A stretch of DNA of 64,000 bases. It comes from the human T2T-CHM13v2.0 reference genome, Homo sapiens. The DNA is taken from NCBI RefSeq assembly GCF_009914755.1, contig NC_060926.1. The stretch is one strand, 5' to 3'. A program made the translations under genes and the position numbers. The notes under the pieces were generated by a model, which saw only the letters and a program-made list of their open reading frames with translations, was not told the DNA's origin and made no database searches. Position 1 is the stretch's first letter. Each line of letters starts with the position of its first letter. Positions 12,439 to 25,659 of the stretch are shown here, piece after piece.

Positions 12439-13569
12439 TGTACATAAATGAATGAATAACACTTTCAGGTGGCCTTGTGAGGAAGTGATGGAGCAGGCAA
12501 TGTAACCAGGGGTCAGAAGAGGGCTGAAAGTCACCATGGACTGGAACAGTCAGGAAAATAATGCTTAGGTGCAGCCAGACTGAGCCTCAGACACAAGGAC
12601 TAGCCTTGAGGAAGTGGAGCAGGAATAGGGAAGATGATTGACATCTTTCTTAGTGGCATGCCCAGCAAAGGCACTGGTTGGTACTTGTGAAGTACCAGTG
12701 AATCTACATTACGGGCATGGAGATTGGTGTTGCAAGCTTGGGGTCAGAGGATCAGATATTTTGGATAGGGGAACTACAGGGAAGAAGCAGGAGAAGGAAG
12801 ATGGGGCCTCCCATGGAGGACTGTCAGTGCCAGGCTAAGTGGAAGGGATCCCACTCATTTGTCCTCGGAAACCAATGGCCTGCCTGGGCATCCTGCATCT
12901 GAGGGCCTCCCCAGCCGGCACTCTGGGTACCCTCCTTGCATGGGTCTAGTGCTGGTATTTGGGAGTGTGCATAGGCCATTATGTGTTTGGTGAAGGGATA
13001 AGTGGATGACACTGCTGGCCAAGAGACCAGCACACAAGTCCCAGCTCAATTTCACAAAGACTCGGGAACTGCCAGAACCCTAGGGAGTAGCCCCCACTCC
13101 GGCTTGGGAAGGCAGAATGGGCCGTTGAAGCTTATGAGACAGTGTGTTTTGTATGGCCTCTGGCCATCAGAAAAAAAAACACAACAAAGGAAAGAGGAAA
13201 AGATATGGATTATTGGCATGAACAGCCTAATGACAAACACATTTGCATGTGTTGCTACATGGAGAGCCTGCCCTCTCTGTGGCCTAATAGGGTTTTTATT
13301 CCCTGTGCTCCAAAGGGCAAAGCCAGGTGCCAGCCCCAGAAACAACACCTCTTGTCTTCCCAGGACGCTTGGTTTAATGTGGGTGGCTCCAGGTGCCTGA
13401 GTTTGGGCCACTGCCTCACATGCCTGATTCACCATCTGTGACATGTGGTTTCTCTGTCTATTTGGAGGATTGGCTGAGCTGTCCCAGAGAGCCATGGGCC
13501 ATACTTAACTCTGGGGTGAAAGGGGCAACAGACATGTCTTGAATTAGCCCCCGCAAGTCAGGGATCATG

Positions 13570-13870
13570 TTAAACACCTCATATATATTGTCTCATTTGA
13601 TCTTCACAAATTCCTACAAAGTAATAGATCTTACCCCCATTTTAAGGGTGAAAAAACTGAGGCTTAGAAAACACACCATTTCCATCTTACCATACTGCCT
13701 CCCTGTGTGAAAAGAGAGCTACATAAATTATTAAAGAAAATTAAGATTCTTGGATTTCAGAGCTGAAAGAAACTTCAAATAACATCTTTTCCAATTTCTT
13801 TACTATACAGTTGGTGAACTTGAGGTCAAAAGAAAAATACTGGCTTGCCCAAAGTTGCACAGAACTAGGA
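13570..13870 (-). mobile_element. Two MIR-family fragments (MIR then MIR3-like)
   Basis: TCTCATTTGATCTTCACAA...CCCATTTT...AAACTGAGGCTTAGA, then CAGAGCTGAAAGAAACTTC...CTTGCCCAAAGTTGCACAG. Confidence 0.65.
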
Positions 13871-14759
13871 AGAGAATGCTATTGTGTGCATTCCAGGCCC
13901 CAGCCCATCATAATTTGGAGGCATTTTAAACAAAGGCATGATTAACAATAAAGAAGGGGCTGCTCCTAACAGGGGGAGGTACATGCCTAACTGGGGAAAA
14001 AGCCCCCAGCTCCCTACTCCTGCATGCCCCAAACTCCTGGGTGTTTTCCACGAACATGATAAGGATGCTGCTACTTGCAGGTAATGAGTAAACAAGTAAA
14101 CACTCTTATGTGGTGTCCACATATCTGTCATGTTGAGACCTGGGTTTCATCAACATGTCACCCATTGAAGGCCCGACCTTTGCTTTCTTCACTCTGCACA
14201 ACCCAATGCCAAGCACGCAGAGAACACACTGGCCACGGTCAAGAGACGAAAAGAAAACACAGAGAACACACTGGCCACAGTCAAGAAACAAAAGCTAAAG
14301 CTGGAATGTAAATTAGGAATTATAAACAGAATGTCAGCTTGGATAAACTCTTTCAACTTACCAGCAGACCTGTCCACAATGTCAATTAGGAGGAAAATAA
14401 AAGGAAATTAGGAGAAACAATGAGAAAAAAGGAACACAGGAGCAGAGAAAGGAAAGACAGTGAATAAAAAAAGACCTCGGAGGGTGTCACTCAGTGATAA
14501 CCTGGTACCCAAAGTCTGGCCAATGGCTCTTTATGATGAAATCCCAAACATACCACATTCCCAGGTGAACCATTAAACCTGGAGAAAGGGCTTGGTGAGA
14601 AGCTGGACCAGCAGCAATGGTTCAAGGCCAATGATGTTAGACCCTCTGATCCCCCAGTTCTCCATCCAGCTCCTATCAGTCTACAGGCACTCAAAGCCCT
14701 AAAAACCATCCAACTTCAGGTTGACAAGCCTAGGCCCTAACCAATAAGAAGCAGGTTAG

Positions 14760-15070
<311 letters not shown>

Positions 15071-15271
15071 TTAGGCTGTATAGGCTGTGTATGAAACCCC
15101 ATATACCCCATCAAAAGGAGAGGTCATTCTAACCTAAGCCCAGTATCCTGTGGGTCTGGGTGGGCCCATGATTTCAAATATCCATCAGGATACAGACAAA
15201 TTGTATACAGAGATCAGCATAATGCCTGGCACATAGTAGGTAGTTATGACTATCTACAGTCTATGCAAGGC

Positions 15272-15700
15272 ATGGCAGAGACTGATTCATTAAATACATT
15301 TTCTTTTCCTCTTGGGCACACAGACCATACACCAGCTTCCTCTGCAGTGAGGCGTGGCCATGTCTTTGAGTGCTGGCCCATGGATTGTGGGCAGAAGTGC
15401 TGCGCTCCATTCCTAGGTCTGGTCCATTAAAACCTTCCATGTGTCATTCTCCTTTTCCCCCATCTGTCAGCCAGACACAGAAACCTGGCACAGCAATCCA
15501 CAGCCCCAGGGTAAGGCAAAACCACAGACGGAAGGAGCCAATGTCCCTAAATGAACATATCTAATGCCACCTGGAAAGACATCAGGAACATCATATTGGA
15601 CTACGCGTGAGTGGGAAATAAGCTTTCTGCTACATTAAGCCACTGAGATTTGGGGATTTGTTCATTATAACCATGCAAACACTAACATTACTTACCCTAA
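15272..15700 (+). mobile_element. MLT1J-family MaLR LTR
   Basis: CAGCTTCCTCTGCAGTGAGGCGTGGCCATG...GGGCAGAAGTG...TTAAGCCACTGAGATTTGGGG. Confidence 0.75.
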
Positions 15701-16858
15701 CATAGATCTTAAGCTTGGTTTGCTGAGAAGACTCCACAAGGACTGAAGCCCTACTCTTTCTGAGTGACAATTTTGATGAGGCTCTGGCCTTCTCTCAGGC
15801 CCCTGGAAGTTTCTCTGTGAGACCTGATTACTGCCAGGAGTCCTTTTTCCACTGAGACAGACCTGTCTGACACTACATCTGTACCTCCTGCCAATCCACG
15901 AGCTATCTTCCCAAAGACAGGCTGGCACATCCTCAGCTCACCCCACTCCACACCTGCCAGGCTTAGCTGGCTTCTAGGAATGCCTCACAGCTGAGTTAGG
16001 GGTAAAAACAAGGTTTATGCCTTGACTCTTAAGGGGCAGCAGGAAGTAATAAAGAGACCACTGGGTACAGTGCCAGTCAAAATCAAAAGGAAAACACCAA
16101 AGCCATGTGTTTGTTATAATGTTATAATGTGGAAGCATAGGTCATAGTCCAAGAGCAGAGCTGTAGACACATTCATTACACATTTATTCATTCAAAAATG
16201 TATACAGCAACTGATGTGGGGTAGGTACAAATCACCAATGAGTGTTGTTCATTGAGTCAAAGACATATTTGCCATTGTAGCTCTGCACATTCGTACTTCC
16301 TTTCCTTCTCTTCCCAGTACACTTGTTCTTGGATCACATGACTACTACTTCTAATTAGCCTTGGTTATCCATATATGGTTAGTCTATGGATTAACTTGAA
16401 CTGGAGAATGCAATGCAGCAAATGGAAAACCTTATTACATGTGAATTCTTCTTTAAAATCCTCATTTTCTTTTATACCACTCACTATACACACTCAATGA
16501 TTCAATCTTCTACTCCTGTGAATTTTCCCTGATCCCTTAATGCTGGCATTTGAATGGCTGCTATGTGTCTTCTTAGAAAAAAAAATGTGTCACCTGCAAC
16601 TTGTTTTTTTCTAAAGGAGGCTCTGTTTACTCACTGTACACAAATGACAGTATATTCCTCAGCTCCTCCTGGATTTCACCAGTCAGCATCTATGGGCACA
16701 AATGACAACTTCGACTAACATTATTTGACTCCTTCTCATCTCTCACCTTCCGATGGAACCATTGAGCTCAATGCAATGTTCTTTTCATTCAGAACACAGC
16801 TTAAGTCAATGTGGAGTAAAAGCTGCAAGCATAACTCTTGCATTCGAAAATCAACTTT

Positions 16859-17160
<302 letters not shown>

Positions 17161-17239
17161 ACTTTAACTTGGTAATTCACCAACAATCCCTGTATGATGG
17201 CAGGAAGTCTCACTCTGCTTCAGGCTGTCAGCTGGGAGG

Positions 17240-17400
17240 GCCATGGTTAAGTTAGTTAACCTATCTGAGCCTCCTTTTTTGTTTCATGTCGTGTTGTGTT
17301 TTCATTTGAAAAATGGGGACGAATGTATTCTTTGCATATCTACTCATGTTGTTTTGATGTTCAAAGAAGATAAAATGGAAGTACTTTGTAAACCATAAAG
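17240..17400 (+). mobile_element. MIR fragment
   Basis: AAGTTAGTTAACCTATCTGAGCCTC...AAAATGGGG...GTACTTTGTAAACCATAAAG. Confidence 0.6.
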
Positions 17401-20400
17401 CAGATAGATTGGGACAGGATGGGGCTATCATTCAGTTGCTCCCCAAGCCAAATATGCCCCTCAATACGTTCTCACAGATGTGCATACTTCCTATCTCTTC
17501 TGCAAAGTCCAGTACAGACTAATTTTCCCCTTTTCTAAATATCAACCTAGTGGTCCATTTGTCTACTCTTCTCTAGCTGTAAGGACTGCATAGTTTAGCA
17601 CCTTATCTCTAAAGCATTTTATGCACCAAATTCCTGTTAGCTAACTGAGGTGTGTGTGGGTGTGTGTGTGGATGTGGATGTGTGTGGCTGGCTGGCCTTC
17701 CACACTAAACTGGCAAGGACTATCTCATACTCATCTGAGTCATTTCCCCAGTATGTGTGCATGTGTGGCCCTTAACAGGGGTCCACATAGAAAGGGCATC
17801 TAAATAAACCTTTGGAGCGGGGGAAACTAGGAAACTTCATAAAGGGTATGTTGCCTGAGTTAAATCTCAAAAGATGAAAAGACATTAGCCAAACAAGGTA
17901 ATAGCACATGAAAAGGCCAGGAAGCTCAGAGCATCTCAAGAGCTGATGCTCAGTAAGGGTGGGCAGTGAGGGCCAAGCCTCAACAGGGTAGGCTGATGGT
18001 GGAGAAGAGTGGAGACCCACAGATGGGCAGGTGCAGGAGGACAAGGGCTACAGCTGCCACTGACGAAGAATCGAGGAAGAATCTGAAAAACACGTGATCT
18101 TCAGCACAGGCTACAGCCTTTTTACATTCTAAATCCTGTTATTCTGCTCCTCTTTGTCCCCATGGTGGTAACTCAGAAAGCACCTCAATACCACCCCAAG
18201 CTTCTCACATCCGGCATCCAGCCCAGACATACGAATTAGACCAGCAGAGGCCCAGGGCAGAGGTGGGTGCCCAGGCTGACCAGTGGGCACCCCCTTCTTG
18301 AGTGTACTCTGTATCCCTGACAGCCAGAAGACAGCCCCACATTACTTCAGCCCCTGCCTTCTTTGTGTTCCATATTCCTATTTTCTTGACACAAACCATA
18401 CAAAGTTTCAACACTTGGAGACTGCAAAGTAAACCATTTGTACATACCAGGTCTGGTAACACTTTAAATAATAGGCCAGTTAGTTAATGCTGCACTACAA
18501 TAAAAATTCCTGTCCAAGTACACATTATGTCCTCATTAATGCCAAGTGAGTTCAGAGTGATTAATGTTATGACAATAAATAACTGGGAAATCATTATGAC
18601 CACCAGGCTGCAGCACACAGTGGGGCCCAGAGCAGCCTAGGCTTCTGCTACTCTCTGAACACACTAGGGTGCTGCCTGCCCCTCCATCAGGCACACTCAA
18701 GCCCCTCCACACCACAGCTCCAGTGAGCATGGGGCTGTGCCAGAGAGCTGAGGCTGGTGAGCCCTACTCATGAGGCCAATCTTGAGTCACCTGGGAAGAG
18801 AGGACAAGATTATCAGAACATGCCCTCTCCTCCAGTGGAAAGAGAGCATGTGTTGGAAGCTGGAAACGAGGCCCTCAAGTCCATGGGCAGAACAGCTCTC
18901 ATCAACCTCCTGGTAGAGACCCAGGCAGGGAAAGCTGGGCCAGCTCTAGCTGCATTGGGCACCATCAGGAGGGGCTCAGGGAAGTGGGTAGGTCTCTCAT
19001 GAGGGACAGTGGAGGGTGTGGTCAGGGAAAAAGGGACTCACTGCCCAAGAAGTTCAGATACAGACAGAGGCCCCTGTCTTCAGGAAGTTTCTCTCAGGGC
19101 AGTAAATGAAAACCAGCTTTGTGGTTGGTCAAAGAAATAGGGCAGCTGTGCTCTTTCTCAGCATCTCTAAGCCATGTGGGGGCTGGTCCCTGGGATAGGA
19201 GACTGGTCCATGGGTAGTATCTTTGAAGCTGGAGATGCCAGGCTAGCAAATAAAATGCTGACAACAGGGAATGAGAACCAGATTAGAAAAAAAAATAACT
19301 TTACAAACCATGGAAACTGGCATCTCAGCCTTTAGGGTATAGAGAAGGCTTGATCACCCAAAGAGCAACTTCAGCTCCTCCCCAGCTCATCCCACAAAGC
19401 CCACTTTGCACCCATTGCCCAAATGGCTGTGGACTCTGTCTTGGCCTATGGGAGGCCTTAGGCTATTGGCATATGCCAGATCTTATATGAGTGCTTGTTT
19501 TTGGCCTTTGTCCTTCTCAGTTTCTCTGAAGCAGGTTTGATCTGGCCTGCTATGAGCCCCTCTAGCCTTTGGGGATTTTGTGAGCAGCACAGTACCTGAA
19601 ATATAGTAGATATTCAGCACAGGATGGAATCGGGCTCTGGGTGGAAGGCCAGAACTCCCCAGCCTGTCTTTCATTGAATGGACCACTACCTCCAACATTG
19701 CTGGCCCTCTATTCACCCCTGCCCAGTATCTTCTCAAAGCACAGCCCCTCAGGAGTGGGCATCTAGGCTAAGACTGGAGCCCCAGATGGACATGGGGGTG
19801 AGGAAGGGTGGGCTTACTCCAAAGTAGGAAAGTCCAGCTCAGAGTTTCCACTCAGTCATCAAAAGTCAACCCTATTGATTAATGAAGATGCTGGGTTGAC
19901 CAAGAAATGAGGACAGAAGTGGCTAGAAGTCAGTGTTGACTTTTCAAACAACCATAAATTCCATAAGAGTGACAAAAGAACCTGCTCTGTAATCTTGCTC
20001 ATTATTTACACTAAAACCTAATTAAAGTCATTATGTTTTTTGTTCATTAAACAAACTTACTATTACAGACACCAAGCCAGCACAAGGGCTGCTGGGCTCA
20101 CTCTGGAAGCCAAGAGCCTCAGGCTCAACCAGAGCCCAACATCCAACCATCTTTTGAGTCAAACTTTCTCTGGAAAGAAAGACTGCAGAGAAACAGAATA
20201 GGACAAGAAGCTGGGACAAGAAAAGTATCACAAAACTCCCCTGAAGTACATGTCTTCTCTGTTCTGCCTCTTTCTACAAAGCAAGAACAAAGAATTCCTT
20301 GCAAGTCCCATTTCATTTCAAGGGAACTGGATCCATACCGAAATGAACACAAAGTAAATGGAAACCTGCGTTGCGGTTGGTCAAAGGAATAGGCAGCTGT

Positions 20401-20678
20401 GCTGTCTCTCTCAGCAACTCACTCAAGGCCATGTGGGGGCTGATCCACGGGATATGACTAAGCATAAGAGTCCAGTTAACTGGTCAACATTTCTAGACGC
20501 ATACCATGAGCAGTGTCCAGTGGAGGGCCTGGGGGTGGAGTGGGGGTATTAGATCTATCTCTAAAGTCACTGGCACTCTATTAAGGGTAACAGGAAGGTA
20601 ATCTAGTTATAAGGCCAATTGTGACAAGAGACAAAAAAGGACATTACATATTAAGTGTCAATTCATCAAAAAATATGA

Positions 20679-20793
20679 TGGCTCACGCCTGTAATCCCAG
20701 CAGGGAGACGGAGGTTGTGGTGACCTGAGATTGCACTACTGCACTCCAGCCTGGGCAACACAGCAAGACTTTGTCTCAAAAAAAAAAAAAAAA
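20679..20793 (+). mobile_element. Internally deleted Alu (left-arm start fused to right-arm end)
   Basis: TGGCTCACGCCTGTAATCCCAGCA runs directly into GGGAGACGGAGGTTG...poly(A). Confidence 0.85.
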
Positions 20794-21394
20794 GTAACAC
20801 TTATAAACATGTATGCACCAAACATTAGAGCTCCCATATTTGAAAGGTGAAATAAACAGTTCTATAAAAATAGATAATTTTCAATACCTTATTTTCAGTA
20901 ATGGATAGAATACCTAGACAGAAGGATCAATATAAAAATAGGAAACTTTAACAATATGTAAGAGCACCAAGATCTGTTTCTCAAAGCACAGTTGCTCAGG
21001 AGTGGGAATCCAGGCTGAGACTGGAGCCTCGAATGGACATAGTAGTGAGAAAGGGTGAGCTCTTACTCTAAGGTAGGAAAGACCAGCTTAGAGTTTCCAT
21101 TTTGGCATTAGAAGTCAATCCTATTGATTAATGAAGATGCTGGGTAGATATAACATTAATACAGAACACTCCACCCAAAATTAGCAGAATGAATGCACAT
21201 TCTTCTCAAATGCACATGGAACATTCTCAAGGATAGAACTCATGTTAGGCCACAAAATGAGCCTCAATAAATTTAAAAATATTGAAATCATACAAATGAT
21301 GATTCTTCTTACCACAAAGGAATAAATCTAGAAATCAATAAGAGAATAAAATCTAGAAAGTCCACAAATATGTGGAAATTAAAGAATATACTCC

Positions 21395-21850
21395 TTTTAA
21401 AATGAATTGTATTATGCATATATAATACAACATGATGTTATAAGATGCATATATATATAGTAAAATGGATGCTATAGTGAAACATACTAATATGTCCATC
21501 ATCTCCTACAGTCACCCATTTTCCTCTCTATGGCAAGAGCATCTGTAATCTACTCATTTAGCAAAAACCCTAAATACGATACAGTATTATCAACCATAGT
21601 CCTCATGTTGCACATTCAATTTTTCAGCTTCTTCATCCTACATCCTTTGACTTATATCTCCCCATTTCTTTCCCCCACCACTCCCTGCTTTACCCTGATA
21701 ACCACTGTTTTAGTCTATGTATATATTTGACTTTTTTTAGAGTCCACATATAAGTGGGGATCATGCAATATTTTTCTTCCTGTGTATAGCTTATTTCACT
21801 GAGCATAATGTCCTCCAGGACCACCCATGTTGTGGCAAATGACAATATCC
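21395..21850 (-). mobile_element. L1MA (L1MA5-like) 3' end, antisense, nested in the L1MB
   Basis: GGCAAGAGCA..TAATCTACTCATTTAGCAAAA...CTTATTTCACTGAGCATAATGTCCTCCAGG; host sequence AAATATG(T)GGAAA..AATATA(C)TCCTT appears on both sides. Confidence 0.8.
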
Positions 21851-22426
21851 AAAATATGGAAACAATATATCCTTAAACAAGCAATGGATCAAAGAAGAAA
21901 TCCCAATGGAAATTAGAGTATGCATAGAGATGAACGGGGGGAAAGCACAACATATCAAAACATGGGATACAATGGGGCAGTGCTCAGAAGAAAATTGATA
22001 ACACCTATATTAGAAAAGAAAAAAATCTCAAATGAGTAAGCTAACTTTACACCTTAAGGAACTAGAAAAAGATGAGCAAATCAAATCTATAGCTAGCCAA
22101 AGGATTAGCAGAGCAGAAATAAATAGAAAAATAGAGAGAATCAATAAAAGCAAAAGTTGGTTCTTTGAAAAGATCAACAAAATTGACAAACCTTTAGATA
22201 GACTAATAAAAAAAGAGAGAAGATGCAAATAAAATCAGAAATGAAAGTAAGAACATGGCCATCAACCCTAACAAAATAGAAAAGATTATAAGAATACTAT
22301 GAGCAATTGTATGCCAACAAATTAAATAACCTGGATGAAGTGGACAAATTCCTAGAAATACACAAATTACCAAAACTCACTCAAGAAAAAGCAGAAAATC
22401 TGAACAGACCTATAACAAGAGATTGA

Positions 22427-22944
22427 GAGGGCTTTCAAGATAGTTGATTACAGGCATCTCTTACTCACTTCCTTCACTAGGAAGAACTGAAATAGTGAGT
22501 AGACAATTACAGTTGGAATAGATCACCCAAGAGAGGGCACTGGAATACAACAGGGAAGTGACAGGAAACATGTAAAGCAAGGAAGGAGAGGAAAGTGAGG
22601 CAACCTGCTTGGCCAGGATCAGCTGGGAGCTGGGAGACTTCTGATTGTGGGAAAACGGTAAATGAGAGACACTCACCTCAACCCGCACCCAGGTGTCCAT
22701 AGCCAGGGGAGAGCTCTTTGACCCTAGCAGAACCTGAGACCAACACAGAGAGCTCCCAGGAAACTACAAGGAGGTATTTCTCCAGAAAGAGAGCTTACAT
22801 TGGATCACACAAACCCCTAAATCTTAAGCAGCAGCAGCATGGTACCATTTTGAGTGCCCAGCCCACACCAGACTGTATCCTTCACTGCAATGTGTGCTGA
22901 GGTGAGAGCCATGGACCACAATCCTACCTGCTGCCCTGCAAAGG
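22427..22944 (+). mobile_element. L1 5'UTR (L1PB/L1M1-type), part of a chimeric insert
   Basis: GGGCTTTCAAGATAG...AATAGTGAGTAGA...GAAGTGACAGGAAACA..AAAGCAAGGAAGGAGAG matches the recalled L1PB/L1M1 5' end. Confidence 0.7.
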
Positions 22945-23007
22945 GTGGCCACCCACCTTGGCCTCCCAAAGTGCTGGGATTACAGGCATGAGCCACCAAG
23001 CCTGGCC
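22945..23007 (-). mobile_element. Alu 5'-terminal fragment (about 63 bp), antisense
   Basis: CCACCCACCTTGGCCTCCCAAAGTGCTGGGATTACAGGCATGAGCCACCAAGCCTGGCC. Confidence 0.9.
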
Positions 23008-25607
23008 ACTATCACTTTCTCAATCTACTTTTGACGAATAAAGTTGGCAAGACATCAAGAAGAGAAACACAAATCTCAAAAAGAGAGAGAGAGAGAGATT
23101 GAATCAGTAATCAAAAACCTTCCAACAAAGAAAATCCCTGGGCCAGATAACTTCACTGGTGAATTTTACCAAATATTTATAGTGAAATTAACACCAATTC
23201 TTCTCGAAGTCTTCCAAAAAATAGAAGAGGAAGGAATGCTACCTAACTAATTCTATGAGGCCAGCATTTCCCTGGTACCAAAGCCAGATATAGACATCAC
23301 ATGAAAAGAAAATCACATAACAATATCTCTTATGAATACAGATGAAAAATATTCAACAACACACTAGTAAATTGAACACAGCAGCACATTAAAAAGGAGT
23401 AAATACCATGACTAAGTGGGATTTATCCCAGGAATGCAAGGAATGGCTCAACATAAGAAAATTAGAAAATGTAAGGCACCACATTATTAGAAGGAAGAAT
23501 AAGACCACAGTCGCCTCCATTGATGCACAAAAGGCATTTGACAAAATCCAACACCCTTTTCTTATTAAAAAAAATGCAGAAAGCTAAGAATAGAGGGGAA
23601 CTTCTCCAACATAATAAATATCATTTATTAAAAATTCACTGTTAACATTATGTTTAGTGGTGAAAGACTGAAAAATTTCAGTCTTAGGAATGAGACAAGA
23701 ATGCCCACTTTCACCACTGCTAGTCAACATCATACTGGAATTTCTACCTAGAGAAAATAGGCAAGAAAAAAATGAATAAAAGGCATCCAAATTGGAATAA
23801 AAGAAATAAAACTCTCTTTTTCCATAGATTATATGATCTCATGCAAAGAAAAATCCCAAAGATTTCACAAAAAGCTATTAGAGCTAGTATATAAATTCAG
23901 TAAAGTTGCAGGAGACAAAATCAACCCACAAAAATTGACTGTGTTTCTGTACACCAGCAATGAACAATCTGAAATGGAAATTAAGGAAATAATTCATTTA
24001 TAATAGTATCCAAAAGAATAGAATACCTAGGAACAAACTTGACAAAGGAGGTAAAAGACTTGTACACAGAAAACTACAAAGCATTGCTGTAAGAAATTAA
24101 AGGAGACCTAAGTAAATGGAAAGATATCCTGTGCTCATGGTTCAGAAGATGTAATACTGTCAAAGTGTCAATACTACTCAAAGAAGTCTACATATTCAAT
24201 ACAATCCCCATCAAAATTCCAATGGCCTTTTTTGCATAATGGAAAATTCAATCCTTAAATTCATATGAAATTTCAAGGGGCTCCAAATAGTCAAAACTGT
24301 CTTGAAAAAGAAGACAGTAGGAGGACTGACACTTGCCTATTTCAAAACTTACTATAAAACTATAGTAATCAAGACAGGGTGGCACTGGCATAAGGATAGA
24401 CACATAGACTTACAGAATAGAATTGGGAATCCAGAAATAACCCTATAATTCTATCACTAACTTTTATTTTTAACAACAGTTTTAAGACCATTCAATGGAG
24501 AAAGAATACTCACTCCAACAAATGGCTCTGAAACAACTGAATATCCACATGCAAATGAATCACGTTAGACCCTACCTTATACCACGTACAAAAATTAACT
24601 CAAAGTGGATCAATGACTTATATATAAGACCTAAACCTACAAAATTCTTTGAAGAAAACATAAGGGTAAATCTTCGTGACTGTGGACTTGGCAATGGATT
24701 CTTAGTTATGCTTAGATATCTAAGAATAAGCAACAAAAGAAAAAACAAATACATTAGACCTCGTCAAAATAAAAAAAAAAGTTGTGGATCAAAAAAAGAA
24801 CATTATCAAGAAAGTAAAAGAAAAACCTACAGAATAAGAGGATATATTTACAAATCATGTATCTGATAAGGCTCAAAAAGACAAACAACTCAAATAAAAA
24901 TGGGCAATGGACTTGAATAGGCACTCCTCTAAAGAAGATATACAAATGGCCAAACACACATGAAAAGATGTTCAACATCTTAGTCATTAGATAAATGCAA
25001 ACCAAAATCATGATGAGGTACTACTTCCCAACCACTGGGTGGCAATAATCAAAAGATGAAAAATAACATATTTGCAAGGATGTAGATAAATTGGAACCCT
25101 CATATGTTGCTGATGAGAATGTAAAATAGTTTAACTGCTGTAAAAAACAGTTTGACAGTTCCTCAAAAAGTTAAATAGAATTGGCATATGACTGCAATTC
25201 CATTCCTAGGTGTATACCCAAAAGAATTAAAAACAGGGGCTCAAATAAGTACATGTACACACATGTTCATAGCAGCATATTCACACATCCAAAAGGTGGA
25301 AACAGCCTAAATGTCCATCAATGGAGGAATGAATAAAGAAATTATGGCATATACCTACAATGGAATATACCAATTATTCAGCCATAAAAAGAAATGAAGT
25401 ACTGATACATGCTATAATGCTGACAAATCTAGAAAACATTATGGTAAGTGAAAGAAACCAGACATGAAAAGTCACATATTGTGTGACTCTATTAATGTGA
25501 AATATCCAGAATAGATAAATCCATAAGGACACAACACAGATTGGTGGATTGGTGGTTTCCAGGAGCTGGGGGTATTGAGTATAATAGTTGGATTCTGCAG
25601 AGAAACA

Positions 25608-25613
25608 GTGTGT

Positions 25614-25657
<44 letters not shown>
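25608..25657. repeat. (TG)n microsatellite inside MLT2
   Basis: Direct read. Confidence 0.9.

Positions 25658-25659
<2 letters not shown>

Noticed and set aside
14218-14294. Short direct repeats (here and at 2774, 59462, 62928) as a CRISPR-like array
   Set aside because: Only 2-3 copies, no regular unique spacers, no cas genes, and a primate genomic context
16573-16614. 11-bp inverted repeat TTAGAAAAAAA...TTTTTTTCTAA
   Set aside because: Mostly A/T homopolymer; expected by chance
22032-24866. ORFs resembling a reverse transcriptase/endonuclease protein
   Set aside because: Short pieces of a decayed L1 ORF2 with stops, frameshifts and a destroyed FADD motif; not a functional gene
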